Positions 48,184 through 61,200 of a stretch of 64,000 nucleotides of DNA are shown here, one piece after another. The notes under the pieces were generated by a model, which saw nothing but the letters and a program-made list of their open reading frames with translations, did no database searches and was not told the origin of the DNA. The translations under genes were made by a program, and so were the position numbers. Source of the stretch: the human T2T-CHM13v2.0 reference genome, Homo sapiens; NCBI RefSeq assembly GCF_009914755.1, contig NC_060937.1; one strand, written 5' to 3'. Positions within the stretch are counted from its first letter, which is position 1. The number at the start of each line of letters is the position of its first letter.

Positions 48184-48779
48184 AAAAGGTTTTTGAAGAT
48201 ATCATTTTGCAAAGAGTGCAGTGTACCTAGCCTTTTGACTGTAAACCACACAGATAAATATAATTTTTTCAAAAATTTTTCTTTAGTCACTTTAAAAAGA
48301 AAATCATTTAATTTATTTAAATATAGTATTTTATAAATGATAATATAGCTAGATTTTTTTTTACTAAATTTACTGAAAACTTAGGATCATATATAATAAA
48401 ACAAAATATCTATATATGAGATAATCTATAAATTATACCAAGTTAATAATATATTGCAATGGAGTCCCATTAGCCATTTAACCATATGAGCATTTTCTCT
48501 AAAACTATAAGGAATCTGAGGAGTGTATTTAAACCAAAATATTTGTATTTCTTTACATGTGTAACTTTTAATTGAATGCTGAGACAACCGTATTATATTA
48601 TGAAAAATTATTATTTTTATATTTTAGAAAAATTTGTATTCCTATAAGAAGCAAAAATATCTCTCCTGAGTTATTATTATTATTATTTTTGCTAAGAGTC
48701 AATATCCTAGGGAACTATTAAGTAGGAAACCAAAATATTCACAAGGGAGGACTAAGGCTGACAAGAGAGAAAATGTTAG

Positions 48780-48885
48780 TTCTCTCTTAACCTCTCTTTC
48801 TCTCTTCCTCCCTTCCTTCTTTCTGTTACTCTCTCTCTCTTTCTTGTTCTACCTCTCTGTCTTCCTCTCTTTCTCTCTCTCTCTG
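48780..48885. repeat. (CT)-rich polypyrimidine tract
   Basis: Seen directly. Confidence 0.85.
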
Positions 48886-50278
48886 CCAATCGTCTGTGCT
48901 GTGAAATTTTAGAAATTAAAAAATACTTGAAGGTGAGAAAGATGGCCTCTGTAATACAGTTGCCAAGTGAGAATAAGGTAGAAATTCATCCAGGTGGGCC
49001 AAATAAACTCTTGAATTTGAATATGCAATTTCTCATGTTCTTGACACCCTAAGGGAATTTTTATCCCTAGTCTATTTCCTCTTTTTGATAACAGCTGAGG
49101 AATCCTCAAATGCATACCACAGGAAAGGAACTCCTTAGAAGAGAAGAGTGATTATTACTATGTAAAGAGGTCTCCAAAGCTATTTATGCAGAGTATCCAA
49201 TAAATAGACACTTAAATATCAAAGACATGAGTAGACACTTGTGAGGGTAAAATAATACAAAAAAAAATTCCATATTTCAGGTGAATTTTAACTATTTTAG
49301 CTTATCTTAGCAATATTATTGAGAAGACACTTTTTCTTTTGGATCTGTACATGAGAGAGAAAGTAAAGGAGGAAAAGTGCTCCTTGAGTCCACGATGTTT
49401 GCAGCATGAGGAATGAGCCAGAATCACAAGACATGAGTAATTTATAGAGACAAGAGTCAGGACAATCAAGTCTCAGGTCCAGCTACCAGATTATTTTCCT
49501 ACCTTGGAAAAGTAGTGCTTTTTTTTTGTATTGAGAAATAATAATAATTGGTTTTTTTGGTACAGTGATTAATAGGGGGATTGAGTTTCTTGGTCAGCTT
49601 TATAAATAGTATTTTTTGGAGAATAGAAAACAATCATAACACTAATGGAATCAATTCTGGGTAGCCTCTGTTCAAGACTACAAATGTGTAAGCATGGCTT
49701 TTGCGGGAGTTTTTGCCATAGAAGTGAAAACTCAGCTAGTAAGATGTTTGAAAATAAAGAAACAAACAAAATTGACTGTGGAACAGCAAACACAAAGGGA
49801 TTTTGGAGACTTAGAAACAGGCAGTCTCTAGCTAGTCCTAGGGAGATACAGATAGTAAACTAGCCAAATGAAGCAGGAGAATTAAAGTTAGAAGCTTCAT
49901 GAGAGTTCAGCCACTAGAAAGATTTTGTGGAAATCCAGGAGAAACATTAAATACCAGTGTGAATATCGGGAACGTGAGTAAAGGAAATGAAAAATATAAT
50001 GGAGGAATTCCCTTCATGTAACAAATTCAGTACCTTAAAAAGAAATAAAAAAGAAGTCTCCATAAAGTTAAGTCCCTCAGACGGTATACATATAAGTAAA
50101 GCATTTGCAGAAATCACTAATCTGGTAGAAGATTGACAGAGAGGAAAAGTGTTTTCTCTTTTGTCTTACAGAAGAAAGGAGAATGTCTACTTTGGCTACA
50201 TTGGATATGTGCTGGCTTTACATCAGTCTACTTATAATTATGACACTCAAGTATAAGAAAGAGTGGGTAAAAAGTCAC

Positions 50279-50519
50279 AGGAAAAGATAGTCGTATTAGG
50301 ATTTGCAGACTATCTTTAAGTTTTACAACATTAAAGAATATACATATGACTTACAGTTTCAACAGGTTTACAAACCACAAAGAGTCTTCATGGTCATGTA
50401 AAATTCAATTCCATTTATTCATTAGGGAGTTGCAGTTAAAAATTGTTATATTTTTGGTGCCTATACTCCAAATCATAATTAATTTATTTCATCAGAGGAC
50501 ACTTCTGTTTTTCATTTTC
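50279..50519 (+). repeat. Copy 1 of an ~240-bp dispersed direct duplication (copy 2 at 53261-53501)
   Basis: Colinear shared blocks aggaaaagatag, actatctttaa, tttcaacaggtttaca, actccaaatcataattaa, ttttcattttc. The track ORFs MTYSFNRFT.../MTYIFNRFT... mirror this. Confidence 0.93.
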
Positions 50520-50884
50520 TTTATCTCTTACTTCACTTGATTTACTTGAAGAAAAAATATCTCACTAGATTAGATCCCAGTGACTTGGGATGTTCTCATC
50601 TATATCATCTTAGATTTGGGCATAGCTATATCTCTGTAAACTTTTTGGTCCTTTAGGAATGGAACTGAGTTATTTCCAAGACTTAAGATCTCGGTCAAGA
50701 TGAATTCTGGAAGTCAAGATATGACTTTCAGAACAATTGAAATGTAGTGAGATCTAAAAATGTGACATTGTCGTATTAAATAGAGTCTTTAGGAGCAAGT
50801 CTTTTCTAATTTGATAGGGAGATGACTGTCATATATATAATCATAATTATGGCTAAATTTCTCCTATCTTAAGTTTTCCTTTTT

Positions 50885-51023
50885 TATTATTTTAATTTTT
50901 ATTAGCATGATTTTTTTATACTTTAAGTTCTAGGGTACATGTGCACAACGTGCAGGTTTGTTACATAGGTATACATGTACCATGTTGGTTTGCTGCACCC
51001 ATCAACTTGTCATTTACATTAGG
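50885..51023 (-). mobile_element. Very short 5'-truncated L1PA (PA6/7-like) 3' end
   Basis: atactttaagttctagggtacatgtgcacaacgtgcagg; 15-bp TSD TAAGTTTTCCTTTTT at 50870-50884 and 51024-51038. Confidence 0.93.
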
Positions 51024-51348
51024 TAAGTTTTCCTTTTTAAAACATTATTTGGAAGGTAAGACAATCATGTAAAATAATCCTAATAATGTGTGTCCTTGGA
51101 TGAAATTTTGGATAAACATTTCATATTATGCTGTGATCATCATTTGATTCAGGCTTTTTGTGAGTAAAAGCAGAGTCAACACAAAAGGGAAAAGCATTCC
51201 CATTTTCAATTATCTTGAGAAGAGATTACTTTCTATCAGGAACAAAGACTTGGAAAGGACCCTGGAAGGTGGTAGAGGGAATTCCTTACTAGTATCTTTC
51301 TAAGAGAAAGAAATCTTACACCATGTGACCTGGACTTTAAGCTGAAAC

Positions 51349-51573
51349 AGAGTTTTCCAACCTTGATACTATTGCCATTTGGGATCAGATAATTCTTTGT
51401 TTTGGGGGCTTTCTTGTGCATTTAAGGATGATTAGCAACATCTTTGGCCGCTATCTATTGAAGCCAGTAGTACATCCCTCCCACTTTCTACCCCTCACCA
51501 TTGTGACAACAAAAAATGTTTTCAATCATTGCTGAACATCCTCTGGGGGACTTTACCCCAAGTTCAGAACCAC
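51349..51573. mobile_element. MER20 (hAT-Charlie)
   Basis: caaccttgatactattgccatttggga...gataattctttgt...gccagtag...gtgacaacaaaaaatgt...agaaccac. Confidence 0.85.
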
Positions 51574-52699
51574 ACTATTAGAATTTCAGCTTGGTCTGAG
51601 TTGATTCCTTGTGGATGACAGGAGTTTCCTAGCCAGGTGACCATCTAGGGGCCACAGATCAATGACCCTTGAATTGTTTCACAACCTGAAGATGATTAAA
51701 TTATACTGTGTAACTACTCTTCAATTAAATGGCATTCTCTCTCTTTTTAATTTTTACTATGATCTTACACTTTTTGTTAAAATGTCCCATATTTATCTGA
51801 CATTTAATTTCAGAAAACAAAGGGGTACAACATTAAACCTGAGTGAGGGGTTTAAGGAAGGATTCTCTAAATCTAGATTATGATGGCAGTGGCATTTATC
51901 ATTGGATTTTTAAGAGGATAAACCTCTCAAGATACAGAGCCCAGTCAGTTCTACTAAAAAAATACTATACAACCTCCAGTCTCAGTCTTAGAAAAGCAGA
52001 GCTTGATTGATATATTTTATTAATATGATACATATTTTCCACTGTTATTTAATAGAACTTGTTTAAATATAATCTAGCACTTTGAAGACCAGAGGCGAGA
52101 GTGTCTAGATCCCAGGTAAGAGAATATCTGGCACTCTTCTTATTTGTGTCCTGAAGGAGAGTGGATACTAATTTTATCCTAATTTTCTAGTAATTATTAT
52201 GGCTAGAAAAATAAAACAGTCTGTTGTTTTTCTACTAGCAATTAGTTAAGGGTGAAACTCCTTGAGTGGGTGGGTGAGTGGCAGGTAGGTGTTTATGAAG
52301 TAATTTACCATATAGAGAACATATATTTAGTAAAACACTTCAATATATACCCATTCAGTGGAACTTAGTCAAATTAAATAGCATAAGCGTGACTTCAACA
52401 CACAAATTTTAACATGCAAAAAGATTAAGTATTGAGCTGAATGAGTAAAATAAAATACAATGTTATGTAGTTGATGTGGTGTCCGTGAAAAGTGAAAGAA
52501 ACAGCAAAAAAAATGTTTCAAGGGTGTGAAATTGAAAGTATTTTGGAAAGAAATTAATATCATTATTTAAGATGGTAAATTCACTGTTCTTCAGAATTAT
52601 TCTTGATGTTATTAACTAATTAATTGGAAAATGTTTTCTTAAAACATTCCAATGAACTGCGAAATGAGAAACAAATGCCTACAAAGTTAACATTCTCAG

Positions 52700-52963
52700 A
52701 CCAAACACCACTTGTTCTCACTCATAAGTGGGAGTTGAACAGTGAGAACACATGGACACAAGGAGGGGAACAACACACACCCCTGGGGCCTCTCGGTGGG
52801 TTGAGGGGCAAGAGCAGGGAGAGCACTAGGAGAAATACCTAATGCATGTGGGGCTTAAACCTAGATGATGGGTTGATAGGGGCGGCAAACCACCATCGCA
52901 CTTGTGTACCTCTGTAACAAACCTGCACATTCTGCACATGTATCCTAGAACTTGAAGTAAAAA
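52700..52963 (+). mobile_element. 5'-truncated L1PA (PA8-PA10-like) 3' UTR
   Basis: gttctcactcataagtgggagttgaac...cctaatgcatgtggggcttaaacctagatgatgggttgatagg...agaacttgaagtaaaa. Confidence 0.9.
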
Positions 52964-53102
52964 AAGAAAGAAAGAGAAAAAGAGAAAAGAAAGAAAGAAG
53001 GAAGGAAGGAAAGAAAGAAAAGAAAGAAAGGAAGAAAGAAAGAAAAGAAAGGGAGGGAGTGAGAGAGACAAAGAAGGGAGGGAAGGAGGGAAGGAAGGAA
53101 AA
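52960..53102 (+). repeat. (GAAA)n/(GGAA)n purine microsatellite grown from the L1 tail
   Basis: Seen directly after the L1 3' end. Confidence 0.9.
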
Positions 53103-53260
53103 TCTAAGCCACAAAAAAAACCAAAATTATAATTATTTGTAAAAAGAGTAATTATTCTTTCTTTATATACATGTATTCTTTCTTTATATATGCATATAAA
53201 GAAAGAATGATAATTTCGTGTGTATATATGTGTAAAGTGTGAGAAAATGTGCATAAATAT

Positions 53261-53501
53261 AGGAAAAGATAGGCATATTAGGAATTGAACACTATCTTTA
53301 AATTTAAAAAAATTAAGGTATGTATATGTGACTTACATTTTCAACAGGTTTACATACCACAAAAAGTTTTCATGTCCATGTACTAAAATTCAACTTTATA
53401 TATTTATTAGTGGGTTACAGTTACAAATTGTTATATCCTTGGTGTCTACACTCCAAATCATAATTAAATTTTTCATTAGAAGAAAGCTGATTTTCATTTT
53501 C
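53261..53501 (+). repeat. Copy 2 of the ~240-bp dispersed duplication
   Basis: See copy 1 at 50279-50519; ends directly at a (TA)n tract. Confidence 0.93.
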
Positions 53502-53532
<31 letters not shown>

Positions 53533-53585
53533 CGTATATATATACACATATATATATACATATATATATATGTGTATATATATGT
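53502..53585. repeat. (TA)n microsatellite with CA/TG interruptions
   Basis: Seen directly. Confidence 0.92.
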
Positions 53586-53704
53586 TTTTAAATGGTGAAT
53601 AGCATCCTGCAAAAGTATTTGAATTTCTATTCAATACATTTCAGAGAGATATAAAATTTAAAAATAGTCCAGAGGAAAAAAATGAAGTATTTAAAAGGAT
53701 TTAT

Positions 53705-55014
53705 TTTTGTTTCATTTTTTAACTTTTATTTTAAGTTCAAGGGTACACGTGCAGGTTTGTTATACAGGTAAACTTGTGTTATGGGGTTTGTTGTACAGAT
53801 TATTTCATCCCCCAGGTACTAAGCAGAGTACCTGTTAGTTATTTTTACTGATCCTCTCCCTCCTCCCACCATCCACTCTCTGATAGGCCACAATGTGTGT
53901 TGTTTCCTTCTTTGTGTTCATTAAGTTCTCATCATTTAGCTCCCACTTATAAATGAGAACATGTGGTATTTGGTTTTCTGTTCCTGCATTAGTTTGCTAA
54001 GGATAATGGCTTCCAGCTCCATCTATGTTCCTGCAAATAACATGATCTCATTGTTTTTTTATGACTGCATCATATTCCATGGTGTCTATGTACCATATTT
54101 TCTTTATCCAGTCTACCACTGATGGACATTTAGGTTGATTCTACATCTTTGCAATTGTGAGTAGTGCTGCAATGAACATACGTGTGCAAGTGTTTTTATG
54201 ATAGAATTATTTATATTCCTTTGGGTGTATACCCATTAATGAGATTGCTGGGTTGAATAGTAGTTCTGTTTTTAGATCTTTGAGGAATTGCCACACTGCT
54301 TTTCACAATGGTTGAACTAATTTACATTCCCACTAACAGTGTTTAAGCGTTCCTTTTTATCCACAACCTTGTCAGCACTTGCTTTTTTTTTTTTTTTGGC
54401 TTTATAATAATAGCGATTCTGACTGGTACAAGATGGTATCTTATTGTGGTTTTGATTTGCATTTCTCTAATGATTAATGATGTTGAGGGTTTTTTTTCCA
54501 TATACTTATTGACCACATGTATGTCTTCTTTTGAAAAGTGTCGTGTCCTTTGCCCACTTTTTAATGGGATTGTTTGTTTTGTTTGGTAAATTTGTTTAAG
54601 TTCCTTACAGATGCTTGATATTAGATATTTATCAGGTGCATAGTTTGCAAAATTCTTTCTCATTCTGTAGGTTCTGTTTACTCTGTTGATAGTTTATTTT
54701 GCTGTGCAGAAGCTCTTTAGTTTAATTAGATCCCAATTTCGCAATTTTTGCTTTTGTTGCAATTGCTTTTGGCGTCTTTGTCATGAAATATTTGCCTGTG
54801 CCTATGTCCTAAATGGTAGTATCTAGGTTGTCTTCCAGGGTTTTTATAGTTTTGGTTTTTGGATTTTACGTTTAAATCTTGAGTTGATTTGTGTATATGA
54901 TGTAAGGAAGATGTCCAGTTTCAATCTGTATATATCTCACCAGTTACCCCAGAATCATTTATTGAATAGGGAGTCTTTTTCCCATTGCTTGTTTTTGTCA
55001 GCTTTGTTGAAGAT
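53705..55014 (-). mobile_element. 5'-truncated L1PA13-PA16-like element
   Basis: 3' end ttttaagttcaagggtacacgtgcaggtttgttatacaggtaaacttgtg; ORF 54343-54663(-) is the ORF2 C-terminal region ([12 protein letters not shown]). Confidence 0.9.
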
Positions 55015-56630
55015 GACTATATGAGCACAGTTAGTCAACTAAAACTTTGGTTAGGAGAGATGAAGTTTTACAGAATATGTAATATTAGGAAACTACATAT
55101 TCTTGTAAATATTTAAGAAATCATAAAAGTTATAAATGTGAAACATATATTTCAACACATGCATTTCTCTTTTTACTCACTAGTGTCCAGAGTCATATTA
55201 CTGATATTCTTAGAGTTGTAGCATGCCTTCCAACACATCATCTCTTTTTATCTAATCTACAGTTACTTATATTATTCCAGTCCCTCAGATGATTAATGAT
55301 TTTAAAGTTAAAATGGAAGGAAATTAGTGTGATAATGAAGTGGCAATATAATCACTTCTCATTCACCTTCTAAAAAGTATCACCTTCTAAAAACAGTTTT
55401 TTGGTTATGTCATACACTTGCTTCGGGTAACTTAGTGTTACGACTTTAAGGTTCATACAGTTTTATAGTGATCACTTCTAAATGATTTTCTGATGTCTAT
55501 TTCTGGTTGGAGATTCACAGTCTCTCCAATTACACATTCAATTAAAACATAATATTTCTTCACAAGTTGCAATGAGAAAATATTTCTTGGGATTTAAATA
55601 GTAAAGGGTATGATTGCACTAGTTTCTACACATAATCATAAGTTCAGGGAAACATGAGTCATTTTTCATCATACAACATGCCTCAAGTCAAATAAAATAT
55701 GTCTTATTTTAACATTTGTAAACTTATTCAGCATACTTGTAATTTGTTTATCTGCATCTCTATGACATTTCCGAAACTGTTATAACAACTTTAATAGTCT
55801 TAAATCAATAATTAGATGATAAAATGTTATTTTATTTAATTCATTCAAAATGTTAGTGTATTTATTCAATTCGTTAATTCATTTATTTAATTCTAAATTA
55901 CTTAATTTAGAATTAAAACATTGGAAAATTACTATTGTCGTTGCAGCACCTCTTGGAGTTGCAAAGAGGAATTTAATAATAGGTGGAAACAAAGAAACAG
56001 GTCATAATAGTCTGATAAATACAATAATAATCTTACATTGTTTTCAAACATTGAATAGGAAGATTCTTGTTATAATGACGCAATTCCAATTGATACAATA
56101 AAATGCCCATATTGTGAGATGTATAGAAGAGAGGGGTGATCTCACGCTAAATCTCTTTAATTCTTTAATAATTAAAGTTTAAAATTATTGAGAAACAAAA
56201 ATATGAACCAAAAGTGTGCCTGATGCAACTAGATATTTTCAAATGTTTGTTTATTATTAATCATACTATATAGCTAAAATGGATTCCAGATTATTTTAAT
56301 GATGAGTGAAAAAATTAAGAAACAAGAATAAAATAAAGATAAACATTTATTGAATTCAAGAGTGGACAGCATTTTTAATTAATTCATACACACACACAAA
56401 CATGCACACACACACAAAGTCTCTTCAGGAGTGAAAGAAATGCACAGGATCAACTCGATTAAAAATTTTAACTTTCATATAGATTATAATTTTAAACTAT
56501 CAATTTTACAGTTACAAAAGTAAAATGTTATCTAATATTGGTACGGTTGAAATCAAACAGAATTCTAAAGTAGTTCTAGTGGGAAATTTAAACAATGTTT
56601 AGATACATTTTCAGCAATTTTGTTAGATGC

Positions 56631-57126
56631 TGTTAGGAGGCAGTTCTCTGTGAGTGTCTCATGCTCTTGTCTTGTGATCAGGCACCAGCTAACTTTGTTC
56701 TGGACTATCTTTTATAAATGGTTGTATCATAAACAGCCTTGGAAGTTAGAGCTATAGTAGTGTCTTCCTTTGAGCAAAGGGCAGGTTCCGTTGCTTCTGC
56801 TATGATAAAGATAAAGGCAAAGATCCTGTAGATTTACTGCCCATTATAAAATGCTGGGGTTTTCTAAGCCCAGGTTTCCTCTCCCTTGCATACTCTGCTG
56901 TGTGCAGGAATTATTGTGCCCTCTTCATGTCACCTGGGAATTGGTTCTCAGGACACCAGTACAAATGCTGAAACTCTGTCTACTGCTATTACTGTGGATA
57001 ATAAACTATCCTTAACTATCTCTAACACAGAAGTCTTGTGTCTTTGCCAGCATCTAGCAAATGTGGCTGGCTAACTTGTTAGCTTGCAAGTATAGTAAAA
57101 TCTCAAACCTTTAATAGTTCCTGACA
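56631..57126 (+). mobile_element. ERVL-class solo LTR (LTR47-like)
   Basis: TG...CA termini: tgttaggaggcagttctc...gagcaaagggcagg...gtaaaatctcaaacc...gttcctgaca; partial TSD gatgc/gatat. Family name from memory. Confidence 0.65.
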
Positions 57127-57968
57127 GATATTGTGGTTAAGTCTTTTCTCTGCATTAAAAAAGAGAGTGAAGTTTGTTTGCTTGTTTATGCTAAAACTAA
57201 TCTATCTGGCAAACAGTCTTCAATTTTTATTTTTATTTTGTAAGAAGCAGAAACAATCACTTACCATGGAATAAAATAAATTATCTACAATGAATATATT
57301 GCAGAAAGATACAATAAAGTATCTTCAAGTATTTTATTGAATAATGCACACTGAAATAGAAATAAATCATGTAATGTTTTATGTATTTTTACCCAAAGCA
57401 TTGTGTCTATGTATGTGTATGTGTGTGTTTGTGTGTGTGTATAGTACCAATTTAAATATGTCAAATATATTTAAAACCAGTCAGTATCTTTAATCAATAT
57501 TGATTTGGTTGCCAGAAGCTGTCTTATAATAGCTGAAAATTATTCCTTCTGTTTAACCATATGAAAAATAAAAGACATTTGGGGGTTCTATATTTCACTG
57601 ATGTGTATTTGCTTTGTTGTCCTGAGACATTTCCTTATGAGTGTGGTACTTTTTGCAATATTCAGGAAACATAAGAATCTAAGTAAATATATTGCTGTGG
57701 AGACATCTCTGCTTACATGAATTTCTCTCATCTTTAAGTGACTGAATCAGCTTGCCTTGCTGCCCAAAGGAGGCTTTGTATTTAAATTTGCATATCTATT
57801 ATTCATCAGTAAAGTCTCAATGTGGACAGCTCTAGGTCAGTTTTCTCTAGAATACGGTTTATTATATCATTAAATTATCTTGAACTTTCTGTTTTTTCAT
57901 ATAATTATCATATTTTTCAAAACATTTCTGGAGTATTGTTTGGTTATCTTTTCAAGTGTCCTTAAATA

Positions 57969-58033
57969 GTGTGTGCATGTGTGTGTGTGCGTGTGTGTGC
58001 ATGTGTGTGTGTGCGTGTGTGTGCATGTGTGTG
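57969..58033. repeat. Alternating purine-pyrimidine (TG)n tract with a 24-bp higher-order period
   Basis: gcatgtgtgtgtgtgcgtgtgtgt repeated ~2.5 times; RY alternation is uninterrupted. Confidence 0.9.
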
Positions 58034-58124
58034 GTGTCACTTACTTTCTATGGCTTGGACTCCCTCTCCAATCGATACATTATTTTTATCACATTTTTAT
58101 CTGTTTCTTTATTATCACTGTATA

Positions 58125-58295
58125 TATGATGAATATAATATATAAACTTATACAAATATAATTTCAGTATACACACACACATACATATATGTGTGTGTAT
58201 ATGTACATACATATATTTAAAAACAGGGAATGTTTTGTATATATGTATGTGTGTATAAATGTGTACATATATATAAATATAGACATATATGTATA
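58125..58295. repeat. TA/CA/TG-rich low-complexity region
   Basis: Seen directly. Confidence 0.75.
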
Positions 58296-61200
58296 TTCTG
58301 TGTCCTTAATGTTTTTTCTTTACTGCTTACAGTAGTTCCCACTCATGGTGAGGTCTTTGCCTTCTGGGAATAAATACTTCGTGCTAATTTCTTACGTCTT
58401 ACATCCTCGTCCCTGATTTTAGTATGTAAACAGCCTAGACTATAATGGATTGTCATACCAATTCTGCTTGTCTTGGCTGTTTTTTCTCATATTCATACAA
58501 GATTTGGAGTAAGCCATATTTAATTTCTCATTTGGTATTTTCATTTCAGAGGTATTTAATTCACTTTTGATATTCATTTTCTTCTGTTGGATTTTTCAGA
58601 GGAAGACTAAGTTTCCACCATACATCTACTAAATTTTGCAGGAAGGATTTCTGATTGAATACATTTAGGGACTAGTACATGAGGAAGACAAGGATCTGAA
58701 AAATTACTTGGAGATATCCTTTCCAAGTCATATCCACCATAATGGATTTGAATATTCCCAAGGTATCTGAACACTTGTTTAAAGATACATTTTTTTTAAA
58801 TAGGGGTGTACGTGATGAGTCCCTGAAAGTAGGAGGAAGTCATGAGAAAGTAGAATGAAGGAAAATAGGGGAACTACTAAGGTAGAAAACTGAGTTATGA
58901 TTACAATGGAATGGCTAAAAACTAACAATAATTAATAAATATCACATTTAAGCTTGCTTTAGTTTGGTAGATGTAACTTTTACTTTTAATGGATGAGAAT
59001 AATGAGTTTATTAAGCTAAAAATTAATAGAGTTTGATTCAAACATGTTATATTCAGGAGCTCAATCTTCTAGTTGTATGTGAGAATATGACATGTCACAC
59101 TGGAGCCCCTTGCTTAGGAATAAGTGGTCAGACGTAGACCACCAAAGCGACTGTGGTGAGAGTCATCAAAGTCTGATATCTCACAAACAACTTTCCAATA
59201 AGTGTGGTTGTGTTTCTGAAGCCCTTCTTGTTCTTTATGCTCCACATATCTCCTAAAAATAAGAATTCATTAATGTAATTAATTTGAGTAGGGTTCTATT
59301 TTATTTAACTTGAGAATCTATCAAAAATGATGTTGAAGTAGCCTAAATATAACATCTCAAAATGGTTATCTTTCACAAAGTACATATTCTTTATGATAAA
59401 GTCCACTGCTTATCATTTGCTAAGAGTAGTTATTCTTTTGTTTTTTTCTTCACTCTGGCAGTCGCACTTATGTCTAATTTAAAACACCAGTTAAGTGAAC
59501 TAAATCTTCACTTGTGTGCAACTATTTTAAATAATTCCATTAATACTTGATGCTTTTACTTTATTTCACTTTTAATTTTTCATCCTTCTTAGTTTTTAAG
59601 TTTTGGGGCCATTGTCTTTTAGTTTTTACGTATTTTTATATTCTCTCATCTCTGTATATTTATAAACATGTTCTCTCCTGAAGAATCTACCTTTATTTAT
59701 AGGTATAAGCATTAAAATCTGGGAAAATGAATATTTTCATCATAGTACATGAACATACACTATGATGAGAATTTCAGATCATTTTTCTCTCTCTAGTCAA
59801 TTGTTTTATCTCAAATATGTACTAAAACTCAAATTTCACTCACTCTGTTTTGTTGTGTATTGTGAATTAGTGTGATATAAATGTTTATTGGGAGTAGAAT
59901 GTAAAAGGTCTGTTCAATCAATCATGCAATATATCTATCTGTAACATAGATAACCACATCTAACTTATATCTAAGTACCATCATAAACTCCATTCCTGCA
60001 TAAAGAGATAAGTGCCCCAAAACATTTCTCAGTTTCTGGAACTGAATTAATCGAGAAGAGAGCACAGTTATAGAAAACTTATCCCTCTTACTATATAATG
60101 ATTCCAAATAAATGTTCTAGAGATAATATGTCTATCATGTAGCTCTTTTATGAGAATTTTAGTACACTGCATGACTCATATTTATTATACATTCAGTGTG
60201 TATCTTTTAACACTGCTGAAATTTTGTTACTCATTACAAAAACACTGAAAATAATCTTTCAGAAATGCATACAGATATAAAAATCAGAGTTTAAATTTAA
60301 AATTAGAAATGAAAAATAATCTAGACTTTTTTGGTTCATCCTTTGTTCATATCTAGCTGAGGGATCTAGGTATCAGTTTCCTGTCATCTTACCATCACCC
60401 TCAGATAGTCTGCATAAAATACTTAAATATTATCTGGAAAAAAAGTTGACATAACTGGCACCCTTCTGGCATCTAAACTGAGGCAGCAGGGATTTAAATA
60501 TCTTGTTCCCTATAGGTGGTTCCTCAAGTTCAGGCCTGAGGCATTGTTTTAGAGTAGAGTTGAGAATGCTATAGTTATTATATATAAAAATAGAAGAGTT
60601 GTCAACTTAGCTTGTCATCTTGACATTTTTCTTGAATGTTGAATTCACTTGCAATTCACTAGATTGGATTGCTCTAGAAGATTATTTTGTATGTGTTCAT
60701 AATAAGGCTTGGAAATTGTGTTTTTTAACATGTTCCACGTTTAATTATATTAAATGACTACTCACTCTCCAGATTAAGTTTGTGCTCAATCTTTTGTGTA
60801 GCTCCAAAAAATACAGAATGCAAGAGAGATCTGAGTTTACTGTAAGTAACAAGATACAGGAGAGTTATAAAATAATGTGATCTGTTTGGAATTCCTAGCA
60901 TCGGAGGTGTTCTAAGGCTAGAAGACAACTACAGGACAATTTTGGAGGGTTGGAACAGAGAAGCCCCTTAAGGACCCTGACTATTGAGGAATTTTTTAGT
61001 CCAAGTTCTTTGATTCTGTTAAAAACTTGTTGAAATCCAATGCTCTACGAACTTTGCATCTCCAAAGTACCATATATATTGTTTGGCAAATTGGAGTTTG
61101 CCAAGAACCCCAATTGAAAATGATATCTTAATTAAGCACAATTAGGAGTTACAAAATACCCACAAAATTGAAAACCAGCTGCTCCGACTGCATTCTGATC

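Noticed and set aside
50346-53591. Similar ORFs MTYSFNRFTNHK... and MTYIFNRFTYHK... as a small gene family
   Set aside because: By-product of the DNA duplication; the second starts at GTG and runs into (TA)n, and I see no coding-type substitution pattern or splice structure.
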